A DNA stretch of 64,000 bases. Source: the human T2T-CHM13v2.0 reference genome, Homo sapiens. The DNA is taken from assembly GCF_009914755.1 (NCBI RefSeq), contig NC_060941.1; one strand, written 5' to 3'. A program made the translations under genes and the position numbers. Of this stretch, positions 42,985-56,342 are shown in pieces (positions within the stretch are counted from its first letter, which is position 1; each line of letters begins with the position of its first letter). The notes below the pieces were generated by a model. The model worked only from the letters and a program-made list of their open reading frames with translations, had not been told where the DNA came from and ran no database searches.

Positions 42985-43664
42985 CTGATTGGCTGAATGG
43001 TCATCAATGAGGTTCGCACACCAGGCTGCTGACTTCACCTGGAACCGGCAGCCTGGCCCCCAGGCTTCAGGCCATCCCTGGCTTGAAGATGGGGTTTCAC
43101 CAGGACCTGCCCCTTCCCACCTAGGAACCTGTCTGCCTTTAACATGCTGTCTGTGGTACCCAGGCTGTCCACACTGAGAGGCATCTGTAGGCCCATGCCA
43201 AGCTGCCCTCACACCGCCCTCCCCAGACTCCCCTCCCACACTCTTTGGTGTCCAAAGTCTGGAGGGGGCAGAGGCAGCAGGGGGCTGGCACGTCAGCCCC
43301 CTGAGTGTGTGCACACCTGGCTGGGTTGCAACAATGCCCAGGCTCGGCCACAACTTTGCTCTGCCCTGGAGCAGGTGCCAGGAGTAGGGAGAGGCCAGAG
43401 CAGAGCAGGCACTTTCAAGCCCGTGGGGGCAGGGGGCTTCCTGGACCCCTAAGAGTGCAGGGATGCTTGGGTCCAGAGCCACGGCTGGGCAGCTGCAGCT
43501 GCGCCTAGGAGTGTGGGGCTCCTGCCTCACCAACTTGGTAGGGGGTGGGGCTCCCACCTCTTCCCAGCCCCTGCCAGCTCCACGGAGCACGCAGCCCTGG
43601 CCGCACCTCCCCTGCTGCAGCTGGCATCCCCGCAGCAGCTGCTCCAGATGGGCCACCACTATCA
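42985..43664 (-). mobile_element. MER52-like ERV1 LTR
   Basis: Minus strand starts TGATAGTGGTGGCCCATCTGGAGCAGCTGC; GC-rich body resembling MER52. Confidence 0.7.
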
Positions 43665-46600
43665 CTTCTGCATAAACTATGGTTCCCAGGTACTTCCCAC
43701 ATGCCCAAATCCTTCCACTTTTCTTCTTGTTTAAATACCACTTCCCCCCGGAAGTTCTCCCTGAACACTCAAGCCACAGGTGCAGTTTCATTTCAGTACC
43801 TAGGGCACTTATTGCCAAGCACTGTAACTTGCTGTGCCCAAGTCTTCTCCCCGCAACCTGTTAACTATGAAATGTGCATCCTCAAAACTTTATACCCTCA
43901 AACATGAAAGAATCATCAGTTTACTCCTCTCAATTTACCAGGGAGAAAGCTGAGACTCACAGGGGAGAAATGCCTCACCTAGGGTCAAAAGCTAGTGGGG
44001 ACTTGAATATCTCACTCATTCCACAACTTCTCTGACACTCCTCAGAGATCAACAAGGCTGGGACCCCATATGCTGAGTAAATATTATCAAGTGAATGAAT
44101 AGTCAAGCTAGAGAAGTTCATTCCATGGGATGTGACTATCAGTTCCACAAGAACTAAAAGGCATATGGCCCAGGTAGAGAAAGGAAAGATGAGAGAACAA
44201 GACTGTCCTCAGGAGAAACTGGTCCAGCCTGGGAAGTTAGGTTGGCCCCTCCAGATCCAGGAGGGCTACTCTGCCGAGGCCAATGAGGACACGACAGTCA
44301 AAAGGCTTCAGAACAAGGAACAGAAGTCATTTTGCTCTGACACCAGCTGGACAAGGCTGAGATCCCCACAACTCCAACCTGAGCAAAGGAGTAACAGAGA
44401 GCGCCAACCCTGAAGTCCACAAAGAACAGCTCCACATGGGGTGTGAGGCTTGGCTGCCACGATCCCTGAACCTACTGTCCTGGAGCAAATCTGCTGGCAA
44501 TTCCAGCCCTTCCTCTCCTCCCCCAGGTTCTGGGTGAGGTGGGACCTCAGAGGTTGAGGCAGGCCTGGAGCTCAGGGAAGGGCACCCGCAGCTCCACTTC
44601 ACTGCTCACAGTGGAATTAGGAGGAAGAGCTCTTCCCCGAGCAGAGGAATCACATGGTGAGGTCGCAGCTTTAGGGGTGATGGTTGTAGCTCAGGGTGGG
44701 AAAAACCAGGGAGAAGAGGCCAGGGTCACTAACACACCCCGTCCCTCAAATGCCATCCTGCATAGAAGGGGCAGGGGAGTGACAGCATCATCCTCTGAGC
44801 ACAGCACACCAGCACAGCCAGTCACCACACTGAGAGGCATCTACCTCAGTTCTGGCTTCCCACACACCTCGATGCCCCCTCTCCTACTCAGTTCTCTAGC
44901 ACAAGAGAGGAGGGGAGGCTGCACTAGCTGAGGACTGAGGAGTCCTCAAGGGGCCAGTGGTTTCAGAGGCCACCATAACTCTCCACAGAATTTCCAGGCT
45001 AATCAATTAGTGGGTGGCCCCTCTCCTCCCAGCCTGCAGGCCACTCCTCCTGCCTTTGGCTGCTGAGGCCAATCTTCCTCTCCAGGGCACACCTGCTGTA
45101 ACTCCCCCTTTGCCTGAAGCAGATTAGCCTCTGTGGGTGAGCTGTGGAGGGCAGAGCTCGTTAATGCTTGCAGACTTGCTGGGAGGAAGCAGAAGAATCA
45201 TGGCAGAAAGGGAAGGGGAGTAAATCAAGCGTCTGAGGGAGAGCAATACACGAGAACGACCTGCCAACGTGTGGCACGCAGCACAGGGAAGTGGATGAAC
45301 CATAGGTGGGTTCGGAGCCCAGGATCTGGACTCTGACTGATCCCCTGATTACTGAGCGACTGCAGACACAGTTCTCCGGGTGCTGCTTTCCCTGTCTATG
45401 ACATGGGTGTTGGGTGGAATGATATCTAGGAATCATTGCCAGCTGCCTGATACCAGGATAGAATGGTGAGTTCTTTGTCTTTGTCTTACTCATCTCCGAA
45501 TGCCTCCCCCACCAGTGCTCAAGTACCTGCCTGGCATGGAGTAGATACAACAGTTAAGATGTTTGAATACATTATTGAAGACAAATGAGTAAGAAGTTGG
45601 CAGAAGGAAGTAGAGGAGAAGAGATCCTTGGAATACAAAGGGCTCATCCAGGACTAAGACTGTGGTTAAAGAGAAAGCTACTGGGCACACCATCAAGAGA
45701 AGAATCTGGGCTGGCCAAGGAGAGACTGGATTTAAGGAATTGGATAGAAACCCCCAGGCCTGAGAGCGTGGGGGCCACTGATGGTTTCCCTGTTTACCAC
45801 TGCCCACTCTCCACTCTGTTGAGGCAGGCGGACTTGAGGCAAGAGAGAGCGAGAGGAAGGAGGGAACCGGTATGTGGATGTTTGCGTGTAAGATTCACAT
45901 GTGTGCCTCAGTGTGTCTGGGAGCATCTATTGAGGTTTTATGTCTCTGGCATTTGTTTGGGGGCAGGGCATCTTTGTTGGGTGTTGCATGTGTATGTGGC
46001 ATATATGATTTATGTTTTTCTCTAGTGCACGGATCTCTGTAGGTGTCTACGTCTGTGTGTAAGGGACTGAGTGTTTGTATGTGCCCATATATTCATATAT
46101 TCCTGTCCCGGTGGGTGTGCGTGTCTCTGGCATGTCTGTGTGCCTGGACATATCGGGATACATCCGTGTGTGTCTGTGTGCAAGCGTGTATCCCTGTGCA
46201 CTTCCGTGTCTTGGGGCATCTGAATGTGCGCTCCAAAAGTGACCATTTTAGCATGGAGTTGAAGGCAGTGAGCTGCCTCAAACATAGGATTTTTTTTTTT
46301 TTTTTAATTCTAGATCCTAAGCATCCCTGCCTCATTTTGCGACCTTAAATAATCAATCCTTCCTGCCCAATTCAAAGCAGACACCTGCCTGACCTGGGCC
46401 TGAGGAAAGGGCTATGTGTCCACAACAGCAGCTCAGCATCCAGGGAGCCCAGCCCTGTGCCTCGTGTTTCAACAGGAGCTGACACAAACTCAGTCATCAT
46501 ATCTCCCCATCGCCTGAAGTCGTCAGGAGATGGGAAAGGAAACTGACATTTATGAAGCACCTACTATTTGCAAAGTGTTTATAAGCAAACTGTGAGGATG

Positions 46601-48878
46601 GTATTTTTATCCTACTTTTGGAGAAAAAAAAATGAAGCTCAAAGAGGTTAAGAAGCTTCCTGGAGTTTCTCTTGTATTTCCTTTGTACGTGGAAAGGAAT
46701 TCTTTCTAGAATTCTCTCCTACTCCTATGTGTCCACTGAATGCCTTGTCCTTCAAGCTCGCCCTGCTCAAATGCCACCTCTTCTGTGGAGTCTTCCCTGA
46801 CTTTGCCAGGCAAGTTAGGACAAAACCTTGTGCCGAGCCTGAGGTCAGATGAGGAAAGACAAACATTTGTCTTCAGAAGGCTCATCATCTAGCAGGGAAG
46901 ATCAGCATTACAGAAAAAACAAAAACAAAACAAAAAACAGAAAAGAAATCCTCACTTTATACCAGCAAATGAGGGCCAAGTTCCCAATGAGAGATACAAG
47001 AAGCAGGAGTGAGGTGTTCGTGTGGGCTGGGAAGTCAAGAAAGGAGGTGGGGTTTCCTGGAGGAGTGGAGCTGGGCGGGGTACTGGGATAGGGTAGGAAG
47101 AGTATTTCAGGTAGGGAGGAGCATACAGGGAAGGCATGTGAGAAGGTGGGGGCCATGCTGGAAAGCTCTGGATGTGTGGCTGAGCCACCGGCACTCTATC
47201 TAACAGGCAACGGGATATTTGTATGAGTGCAAACGGCTCAGCCCTGCATCCAGTAGGCAAGAGGGAAACTGGCAGGAAAGTAAAGTTGAGTGGGAAAACT
47301 ATGGCTCAGGAATTCCCAGAGCCCTTATAGCTGTGGCGTTCTCTCTATATACAGCTTCTGTCTCAGCCCACAGGAAACCCACTGAAGTCTCTGGGCTGAG
47401 ATGGATGACAACACATTTGCCTTCAAGGCTGGGTACCTCTGGCTGGGAGGGAGACCAGCCAACAATCTCTGCAGAGAGTACTGAGTTCTGGCATGCTGCC
47501 CTTCAGGTGAGAAAACCCAATATTTCTCTGCTATCTTCTTTTCCTCATGTCCTATTTTCCTCCCTGACCCCACGTCCAAACTCTGCCTTACAGCACTAGG
47601 GAGGAAGAGGCCACATTTTAGCTCTAAGCAACCCACAAAACATCTTCTTATACCTTCACATTCTCTTTCCCCTGCCTGAAATGCCCTTTCCACTCCCAAG
47701 CATCTGTATATCTGGTGGTCTCCTACTCATTCTTCCAAAATCAGCTCGAATTCCACTTATTCTTTGGAATCTTCTCCAAATTGTCTAGCAGAGGAAACCA
47801 CTCCCACTTTGTTCATGCAGTTAGTGTAGTGCTTATTACATTGTGCCTAGCTGGAGGTCAAGGACAACGACTGGCCTTTCTTCAGAGCCCCGGAACCCAG
47901 CACAATGCCGGACCCAATAAAGGCACTCAATAAAGGAGCATGAATTGTACGGCTGAGCCATCATATGGCTAGAGCATTGTGTCCAACTCCTGTTAACATG
48001 GACAAAGCAGAGAGTGACCAGAATGGAAAAGGACCTAAAAATATGGCTCTATAAGAAAAGATCTAAGGTACTAGGGGTGTTTGGGTTGAAGAAAAGAATA
48101 GTGGAATAGGTTCCTTTGGCCACTATGTGAAAAGCTGCAGAGAAAGCAGGCTTGGCATGTGTAGCTCTGAGGCCAAAATTGGAATCATTTGTAGAAGTCA
48201 CAGGAAAGCAGACTTCAGCTGAGATTAAGAAAAAGACTTAAACAACTACAGTCCTCCAGCGCTGGACTGGCCTATCTCAAGAAGCCATCAGGGAACAGAG
48301 AGAAACCATCAGAAGCTGAGGAAAAAGGAACTAACATCTATTAGCATCCGTTCCCTGCTACACTTCTGTATGTGCATTACCTCTTTAATCTTGACATCAA
48401 CCGTGTAAGAGAGGCCTCAATATCCCCATTATAGATGAAGAGACTGAAGAGGAAATGAAGTGGGTCCACGTTTCCACAGCCAGTCAGGATGAAAATCCAG
48501 GTGGCTCTAAAGCTAGTGCTCTTCTCACTGCATCACACAACCTGCCTAAGAGGAGTTTGGGGAGTGCAGGTTAGGAGTCAGTTGAGAAGAATCCTACAAC
48601 TGAAGAGAATGGATTGGAGGGGTGCCAAGGTCCTGGCTCTCTGATGCTACTACTCTATACTGGGGCAAGGGGTGGGGTTGGAAGGGGCATAGCAGATGAT
48701 TTCCCTGGGACGGCAACTGGGTGACAATGATAGAGAAGCAGCAAAATATAAAAAATGTTATATATCTGGTTACCTTAGGAAGTTGACAGCAGTTTGCCTT
48801 GGAGTTTGTCCATCACCCTCTCCTTCACGCTCCCTTCACCTCTGTTTTCACTCATTGCTCTTCCAAAAGCTTCATTCA

Positions 48879-48989
48879 ACAAATATTTATTGAATAAATA
48901 TTGTATACAAATATTTATTGAATATTGTATACAAATATTTATTGAATAAATATTGTATACAAATATTTATTGAATAAATATTATATACA
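48879..48989. repeat. AT-rich palindromic minisatellite (28-bp unit, about 4 copies)
   Basis: ACAAATATTTATTGAATAAATATTGTAT repeated. Confidence 0.9.
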
Positions 48990-49640
48990 GATCACTGCAC
49001 AAGACAGTGAGATGTAGCTCCTTCCTGCAAGGAGCTTCCCTGCTAAGACCTGACTTAGTCCATCCTCCAGGATTTCACCAAAGCCTGGAGCTTTCCTGGC
49101 AAAGGGTAGGTGTGCTAGATTGGTTGAACACTGCTAGAAACCTTGGAGCAATGGGAGAAAAGAATGTGGTGTTTTAAGGAAGAGATTAAATGGGGGACAA
49201 AATGAGTACATTGTTTCTGAGATAACTGAAGTCACTTGGTTAACTGAGAAATTTAAAAGTGTTTTCTCCAGTTGATTTTGTGCACTGAGGACAGAGCAAG
49301 GACAAGCCTTTCCCAGTGTCATGTGCGGATGTTTTACTCTCTTCACTCCATGCCTCCTCTGCCAACAACCCCACACAATCTCTTCATGCAGTCTGCAATG
49401 CCCTCCCTGTCCCACACAACATCATGTCTGTTTGGTGAACCTGATTCATTCACCAAGACCCAGTTCAAGTCTCTCCTCTTCTTTGAATTCTTCCCAAATT
49501 TCTCTAGGAAGAATAATTTACTCCTGCTTGGTTCATGAAATTAATAAAGTATTAAACATGCTGCAAGCTACTGCACGTCAAACTGTTTGGGGGCAGAAGC
49601 TAAGACTCATTCATCTTCCTGCTCTCTACAGTATCTAGTA

Positions 49641-50162
<522 letters not shown>

Positions 50163-50309
50163 TCAATTCCTGAAGAACCATATAATGTGCGGTCAACAAA
50201 TGAATGGTAAATGCAGTAAGGTGCTTTATGAAGAAATTTAGACTGGTACTCAAATGGCCTGGGTCCGAATTCTGCTCCTAATTGTTTAAACAAATAATGA
50301 TGATTAAGT

Positions 50310-50442
50310 AAATAGATGTTAGATAGATTACACAGATGATACACAGATCACATAGACAGCAAAGACAGATGGATAGATGATAGAGGAGGATAGATAGATA
50401 GATAGATAGAGGAGTTTGGATAGATAGATGATAGAGGAGTTT
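50310..50442. repeat. Degenerate (GATA)n repeat
   Basis: Seen directly in the sequence. Confidence 0.8.
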
Positions 50443-50799
50443 TGAGTGCTTATTATATGCCAGGCACTGTGCGAAGTATTTTAAACTTATTCACTGTATC
50501 CAACAACCAATTCCATGGGTAGCCACTAATATTTTCCTCATTAAAGAAGAAGAAACTGAGGCTCAGAAAGGTCTCAACACCTTTGTGGTAGAGCCAGGAT
50601 TCAAAGCAGGTCTGACCTACACCAAAGTCTGAGAGTTACCCACTACGCTAGAACACTCTTCTGAGATTCCGTTTCTTCATAAAATTAAGATTATTGGATG
50701 AGCAACGTGATTTTCAATCCATTTAGCAAGCAGAAATTTGTATATTTATAAACATATATTAAAATGTATATCTGGAACCTCAACATGCAGGAAGTCTAC

Positions 50800-51790
50800 C
50801 CGGAGTTCTAGAATTTCGGCCGGCTGCCTCCTCCCTCCCCTCGGCATTCCCACCTGTCAGTCCACTCCATGGCTCCGACCAACCTCACATCTGCCCCCGT
50901 GTTCCTCCTCCTCGGCCTGGTGGACGGAACAGACGCCCACCCGCTGCTGTTCCTGCTCTGCCTTGGCATCTATCTGCTCAACGCCCTGAGCAACCTGAGC
51001 ATGGTGGCGCTGGTGAGATCCGACGGGGCCCTCCGCTCCCCCATGTATTACTTCTTGGGTCACCTGAGCCTCGTGGACGTCTGCTTTACCACCGTCACGG
51101 TCCCCAGGCTGCTGGCCGGCCTGCTCCACCCGGGCCAGGCCATATCCTTCCAGGCGTGCTTTGCCGAGATGTACTTCTTCGTGGCTCTGGGCATCACCGA
51201 GAGCTACCTCCTGGCGGCCATGTCCTACGACCGCCCGACGGCGGCGTGCCGGCCCCTGCGCTACGGCGCGCTGGTGACGCCATGGCGCTGCGCCTCGCTG
51301 GTGCGTGCGTCGTGGGCCGTGACGCACCTGCACTCGCTGCTGCACACGCTGCTCCTCTCCGCGATCTCCTACCCCTACCCCACCCCCGTGCGCCCCTTCT
51401 TTTGCGACATGACGGTGATGCTGAGCTTGGCGACCTCGGACACGTCCGCCGCGGAGACGGCCATCTTCTCCGAGGGCCTGGCCGTGGTGTTGGCCCCGCT
51501 GCTCCTCGTGTTCCTTTTCCTACGCGCGCATCCTGGTCGCGGTGCTCGGCTTGCCGGCGGCCGGCGCCGCGCCTTCTCCACCTGCGGGGCCCACCTAGTG
51601 GCGGTGGCGGTGGCGCTTTTCTTTGGCTCTGTCCTCTCCGTGTATTTCCCGCCGTCGTCTGCCTACTCAGCCCGCTACGACCGCCTGGCCAGCGTGGTCT
51701 ACGCTGTCATCACGCCGACCTTGAACCCTTTCATCAACAGCCTTCGCAACAAAGAGGTCAAGGGCGCCCTGAAAAGGGGGCTCAGATGGA
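50800..51790. promoter_or_regulatory. CpG island coincident with the OR1R1P coding region
   Basis: Dense CpG and very high GC (e.g. gcggcgtgccggcccctgcgctacggcgcg) against AT-rich, CpG-depleted flanks; boundaries estimated by eye. Confidence 0.8.
50826..50860 (+). promoter_or_regulatory. Candidate splice acceptor for the OR1R1P coding exon
   Basis: Pyrimidine-rich tract ending in CAG (AG at 50859-50860), 8 nt before the ATG; ORs typically have upstream non-coding exons. Confidence 0.55.
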
Positions 51791-51813
51791 GGGCTGCACC
51801 CCAAGAGGCGTGA
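50869..51813 (+). pseudogene. OR1R1P: Olfactory receptor family 1R (OR1R1P-like); 314-codon open ORF with degenerate motifs
   Basis: OR motifs present: N-glycosylation NLT, LRSPMYYFL, MSYDRP, FFCD, RAFSTCGAHL, PTLNPFINSLRN. Internal compensated frameshift; lies next to OR1E1. Confidence 0.8.
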
Positions 51814-52160
51814 GGGCAAATCTGGCTCACTGGCATTTTCATGATAACAGTTACAGAAAAAAAAACCTTGTTTTTTGGCTTTCTAAAGCACTATTAATTT
51901 CGATCTACCCTGTCTTATTTCTGTTAAATAAGAAATTAGACCCGAAGTAAATATGACAAAGTGTTTACTGTAGTGATAGATACATAGTAGGTTGAATTCG
52001 TGTGTTATCTGAATGTGTGAGATAGATTCTACTTTTAAATTTTGGGTAAATGAAAAGACAGCAAATGGAGGTAGACAAATAGTTTGTGAAGAGGGAGAAG
52101 AAAGAGTGTGACTAGCAGGAACCCGGTGGGTGGACGGGAAGCCTGTGAAGCAATGGATAA

Positions 52161-52463
52161 TTTTTTTTTTTTTTTGAGATAGTGCCTCCCTCTGGCGCCC
52201 ACGCTGAGTGCAGTGGTGCCATCTCGGCTCACTACAACTTCCGCCTCCCGGGTTCAAGCTATTCTCCTGCCTCAGTCTCCCAAGTAGCCAGGATTACAGG
52301 CACCTGCCACCGCACCCGGCTAATTTTTTTTGTGTTTTCTTTACTAGAGACAGGGTTTCACTATGTTGACCAGGCTGGTCTCGAACTCCTGGCCTCAAGT
52401 GATCCCCCTGCCTGGGCCTGCCAAAGTGCTGGGATTACAGGCGTGAGCCTCCGCATCCAGCCC
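52161..52463 (-). mobile_element. Alu (AluS-like)
   Basis: T-run followed by an antisense Alu dimer. Confidence 0.95.
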
Positions 52464-52992
52464 AGGGGAGGATCTTAAAGAGGTGTTTGTTGTTGGATGC
52501 CCCTGCAGACTCCTCCTGGAGAAACTTCAAGATCCAGTTATTTTTTAAGTGGCTTAAAATAATTTAAATTCTTTTCCTAGATACTGTATCAACCATTTTT
52601 AATGTAAAAATTCAGAGTTGAAGTTCTGTTTGACTACCACCCAAATCAACCTCTACCGCCATCCCAATTATCAGTTGAATCTCTTGCTCTCACCTTCACT
52701 CTTGCTCTCACCTTCACTCTTGCTCTCTCGCTCTGATTTTGAAACAAATAGTGTCATTCTATTTATATATATTATTCTGATCTTGAAACATAAATAGTGT
52801 CATTCTATTTATATCAATTATTCTTCAGTTTCCTTTTTTTATGAAACAATACATCTAGAAGATCTTGTCTTATTACCACAAATAGAATGCCTTCATTCTT
52901 AACTTCATGCTATACAATCCTATACTGTGGATCTTCCACAGTTTAATCACTCCCTTATTAATAAATATTTATGTTTTTCTAATTTTTCACTA

Positions 52993-53341
<349 letters not shown>

Positions 53342-53559
53342 GCTAACATTTAGTGAGGAACTGTTACATGGCAAGCACTTTTAAAAAGAATATAATCACA
53401 AAGGAAGATTTTTTAAATCTTTCTAAAACTTCTCAAGTAAATTTAAAAATCAAAATAAGACTTCTACGCAAAGACAAACTGCAAAACCTGGCTCAATATA
53501 TACAATGTCTGACTAGACCATTAAAATAAATATTTGAGGAGGGAAAACTTAGACTAATA

Positions 53560-54335
53560 ATATAAAATAAGCCAAAAAATTATCTCTAATGAAAGTCTCG
53601 AAGCCGACAAGCATATGAAAACATATTCAACATTATTATTCATCAGGGAAATACAAATTAAAATCGTAAGATACTACTACATACCCATCAGAATAGCTAG
53701 AAACAAAAGATTGATAGTATCAAATGTTAGCAAGGATGTGGAGAAATTAACACCCTCATATATTGCTAGTAAGAATGTAAAAGAATAAAACTGTTCTGCA
53801 AACTATTTGCAGTGCCCAAAGTTTTAATATTTACCCAGCCTACAGCCCAGAAATTTTGCTCCTGAAGTACCCAAAATAAATGAAAACAAAAGATGTGTAT
53901 TAGAATTCTCACAGAGGCTTCAGTCATAGTAGCTAAAACTGAAAAACCCAAATGTTCATCAGCAGAAAGAATAAGTACGGTGGCATAATCATTTCAATGG
54001 TGTACTATGTAGCAGTGAAAAAGATTGAACTCTGATGATTCACACGACATAGATAAATCTTTAAAACATTATGATGAGTAAAAGAATCCAGAAAAAAAAA
54101 TATTGTATGATTCCATCTATTCAAAGTTCATGAGCTGGCAAATTTCTCTCTGGCAGTAGAAACCAGAGTAGTCATTACCTCTGGATGTGGGTGGGGACTC
54201 ACGAGGAGGGGGCACAAGGAAAATTTCTGAAGTGACATAAATCCTCTGTATCTTGATCTGTACAGTGGTCACACGGGTGTCAAATTCAGCAAGCTGTACA
54301 CTTAAGATTCGTGCACTATATTTAAATTATATTAC
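53560..54335 (+). mobile_element. Old L1 (L1ME-like) 3' region
   Basis: catcagggaaatacaaattaaaatc...caaatgttagcaaggatgtggagaaa...tattgtatgattccatcta. Confidence 0.65.
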
Positions 54336-56342
54336 AGTAAAAAAATCCTTGGGTGAGGAAGCTTTCTGGGTTTTCCAAAATTTCAAGGACCAAATACTCC
54401 CCTTTTCAGACGCTCAAGGAATAATCCCCAGGCTCTATATAATTCATTCCAGAACCAAAAATTAAGTAAAATTAAAATAGCTAATTTACTAAAGAAGAAA
54501 AATACAAGACACGAATACAATTATAGACCAGTTCTATCTGTGAAAATTGATATCAAAATGTCTAAAGCACAAATAATCCCATCTTTTCATATTTGAAATC
54601 ACACTAATATGTTCAATTTAAACATTTAGGATTACCTCATCAGAGGCAAAAAGGCTTCTTAAAAAATCAATACCAGTTCCTGATCAAAGCTCAGAATAAA
54701 ATAAAAAGCTACATCTTTAACAAAATGTGTTAGAGTCAGCCAAGGCTGTATCTTATCCTCTCTCTGGATGAGAACATTCTTTAATTCTCTAAATGGCAAT
54801 AAAATGGAAATTATAGGACCCCTAGGTAATCCTATTAAAAGATTTTGCTCTCCCTTTATTCTTTATCAACTATAATACCAGGTATAATGTACACTGCTCC
54901 CAGCGAGGATTCTTCAATGCTTCAAACAGCTTCAGTGCCTCTGAACTCAGCAGTGGATTGCTTGCCCTGGACCTACCATCTAAGTCTCTGCTAGCAGCAC
55001 TGAATGACTCGTACATAACAACGACATTGTAGTTACATACGAGAATGTTCTTTTGAGGAGATTCAGAACTCTAAATTATATAGTGATGAAGTGTCTTGAT
55101 GTCTGAACATTATCTCAAGAGGCTCAGCCATTAAAAAAGAATAAAAAAGAAAGAAATAGGGTTGGGGAGAGTATAAATAAGAAAGAGAGGGAGGGAGGGA
55201 GGAACAGAGAGAAATTGACATATGCTACAAAAATGAGCAAATGGAATGTGGCCTGATTTGAGAAATTTATGGAGTGTGAGAAAGGGAAACTAATTTGACA
55301 TTAAGCTTGTAACCTTTGCTCTGACTATCACAGGTTTAATAATGTAGGATTTTTTTTTAAATCTATGAGTTCAATCATACATCTTGCTTCTGAAGTGGTA
55401 ATATTTACATAATTATAATATTATAAATTTTGTTTTCCATTTTTATTTTTAAAAACAAATCTCTCATTTCGTGTATATTGATTGTGGCATATAAACTTCA
55501 AACTTGCTACAAAATTCTTGGTCTTACTAAAGTGCAGAATAAGGAAAAAAAGAAACGATGATGTTCCAGATATAATAGCAGAAAACTGTTTAGAAATGCA
55601 AGTGCAGACTTGAAAATCAAAAGGAAACTTTTGTGCTATAAAAAATTATAATAAAAGTCAGCAAATACAAAAATATAGACTGATGAAAAAATAATCCTAC
55701 ATGCATCAGTGGGGGGAAAGATGACCATATAAGAAGTAGAGAAAAGAGAGAATATCAGCCTTACTTCAGATTTTTTCACAGCTATTTCAGAAAATGAGTT
55801 ATAGATGAGAGAACAGATGTCCACAAATTTTATACCTAGCTAAGTCATCCTTCAGATATATAAATACATATGCAAAAGAAAAATCTAAAATATGTGAAAA
55901 TTCAATAAATATAACATGGATGTACTAGTCCTTTAAAAATGACTTGATGCAATGCAACCAACCAAGGAATTAGTCAAAATTAAAAACTCGAGAATTTAAA
56001 AGTCATAATATTAAAAGGATGGTATGTAAAAATTTATTTAACAATAATAAAGAAAAATATGTGTTATGGTAATAAATGCAGATAGCATGCTTTATCTTTT
56101 AATAACAAAGTTGAATTTAAGGCAAACAGCATTACAGAGACCAAAATTCACTGCTATAATAAAGGAAATAAAAAGATTGTTTTAGGGTAAGGCCAGGTTG
56201 GAAAAGACAATATAGGTATAAAAAATATATCAGGAAAAAATGATATGACAGAGATAGAATGATTTTAACATTTTAGTAAGAATAAGTTAAGAAGGAAACA
56301 TATGGATCAATAGAACAGAATAGAATCCAGAAACAGAACCAA

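Noticed and set aside
42847-43907. 323-aa minus-strand ORF and overlapping ORFs
   Set aside because: They run through a GC-rich MER52-like LTR, a 21-bp tandem repeat and an L1 relic, with no recognisable domain.
50857-51950. 264-aa alternative-frame ORF and 162-aa antisense ORF over OR1R1P
   Set aside because: Expected from stop-codon scarcity in a CpG island; low-complexity composition.
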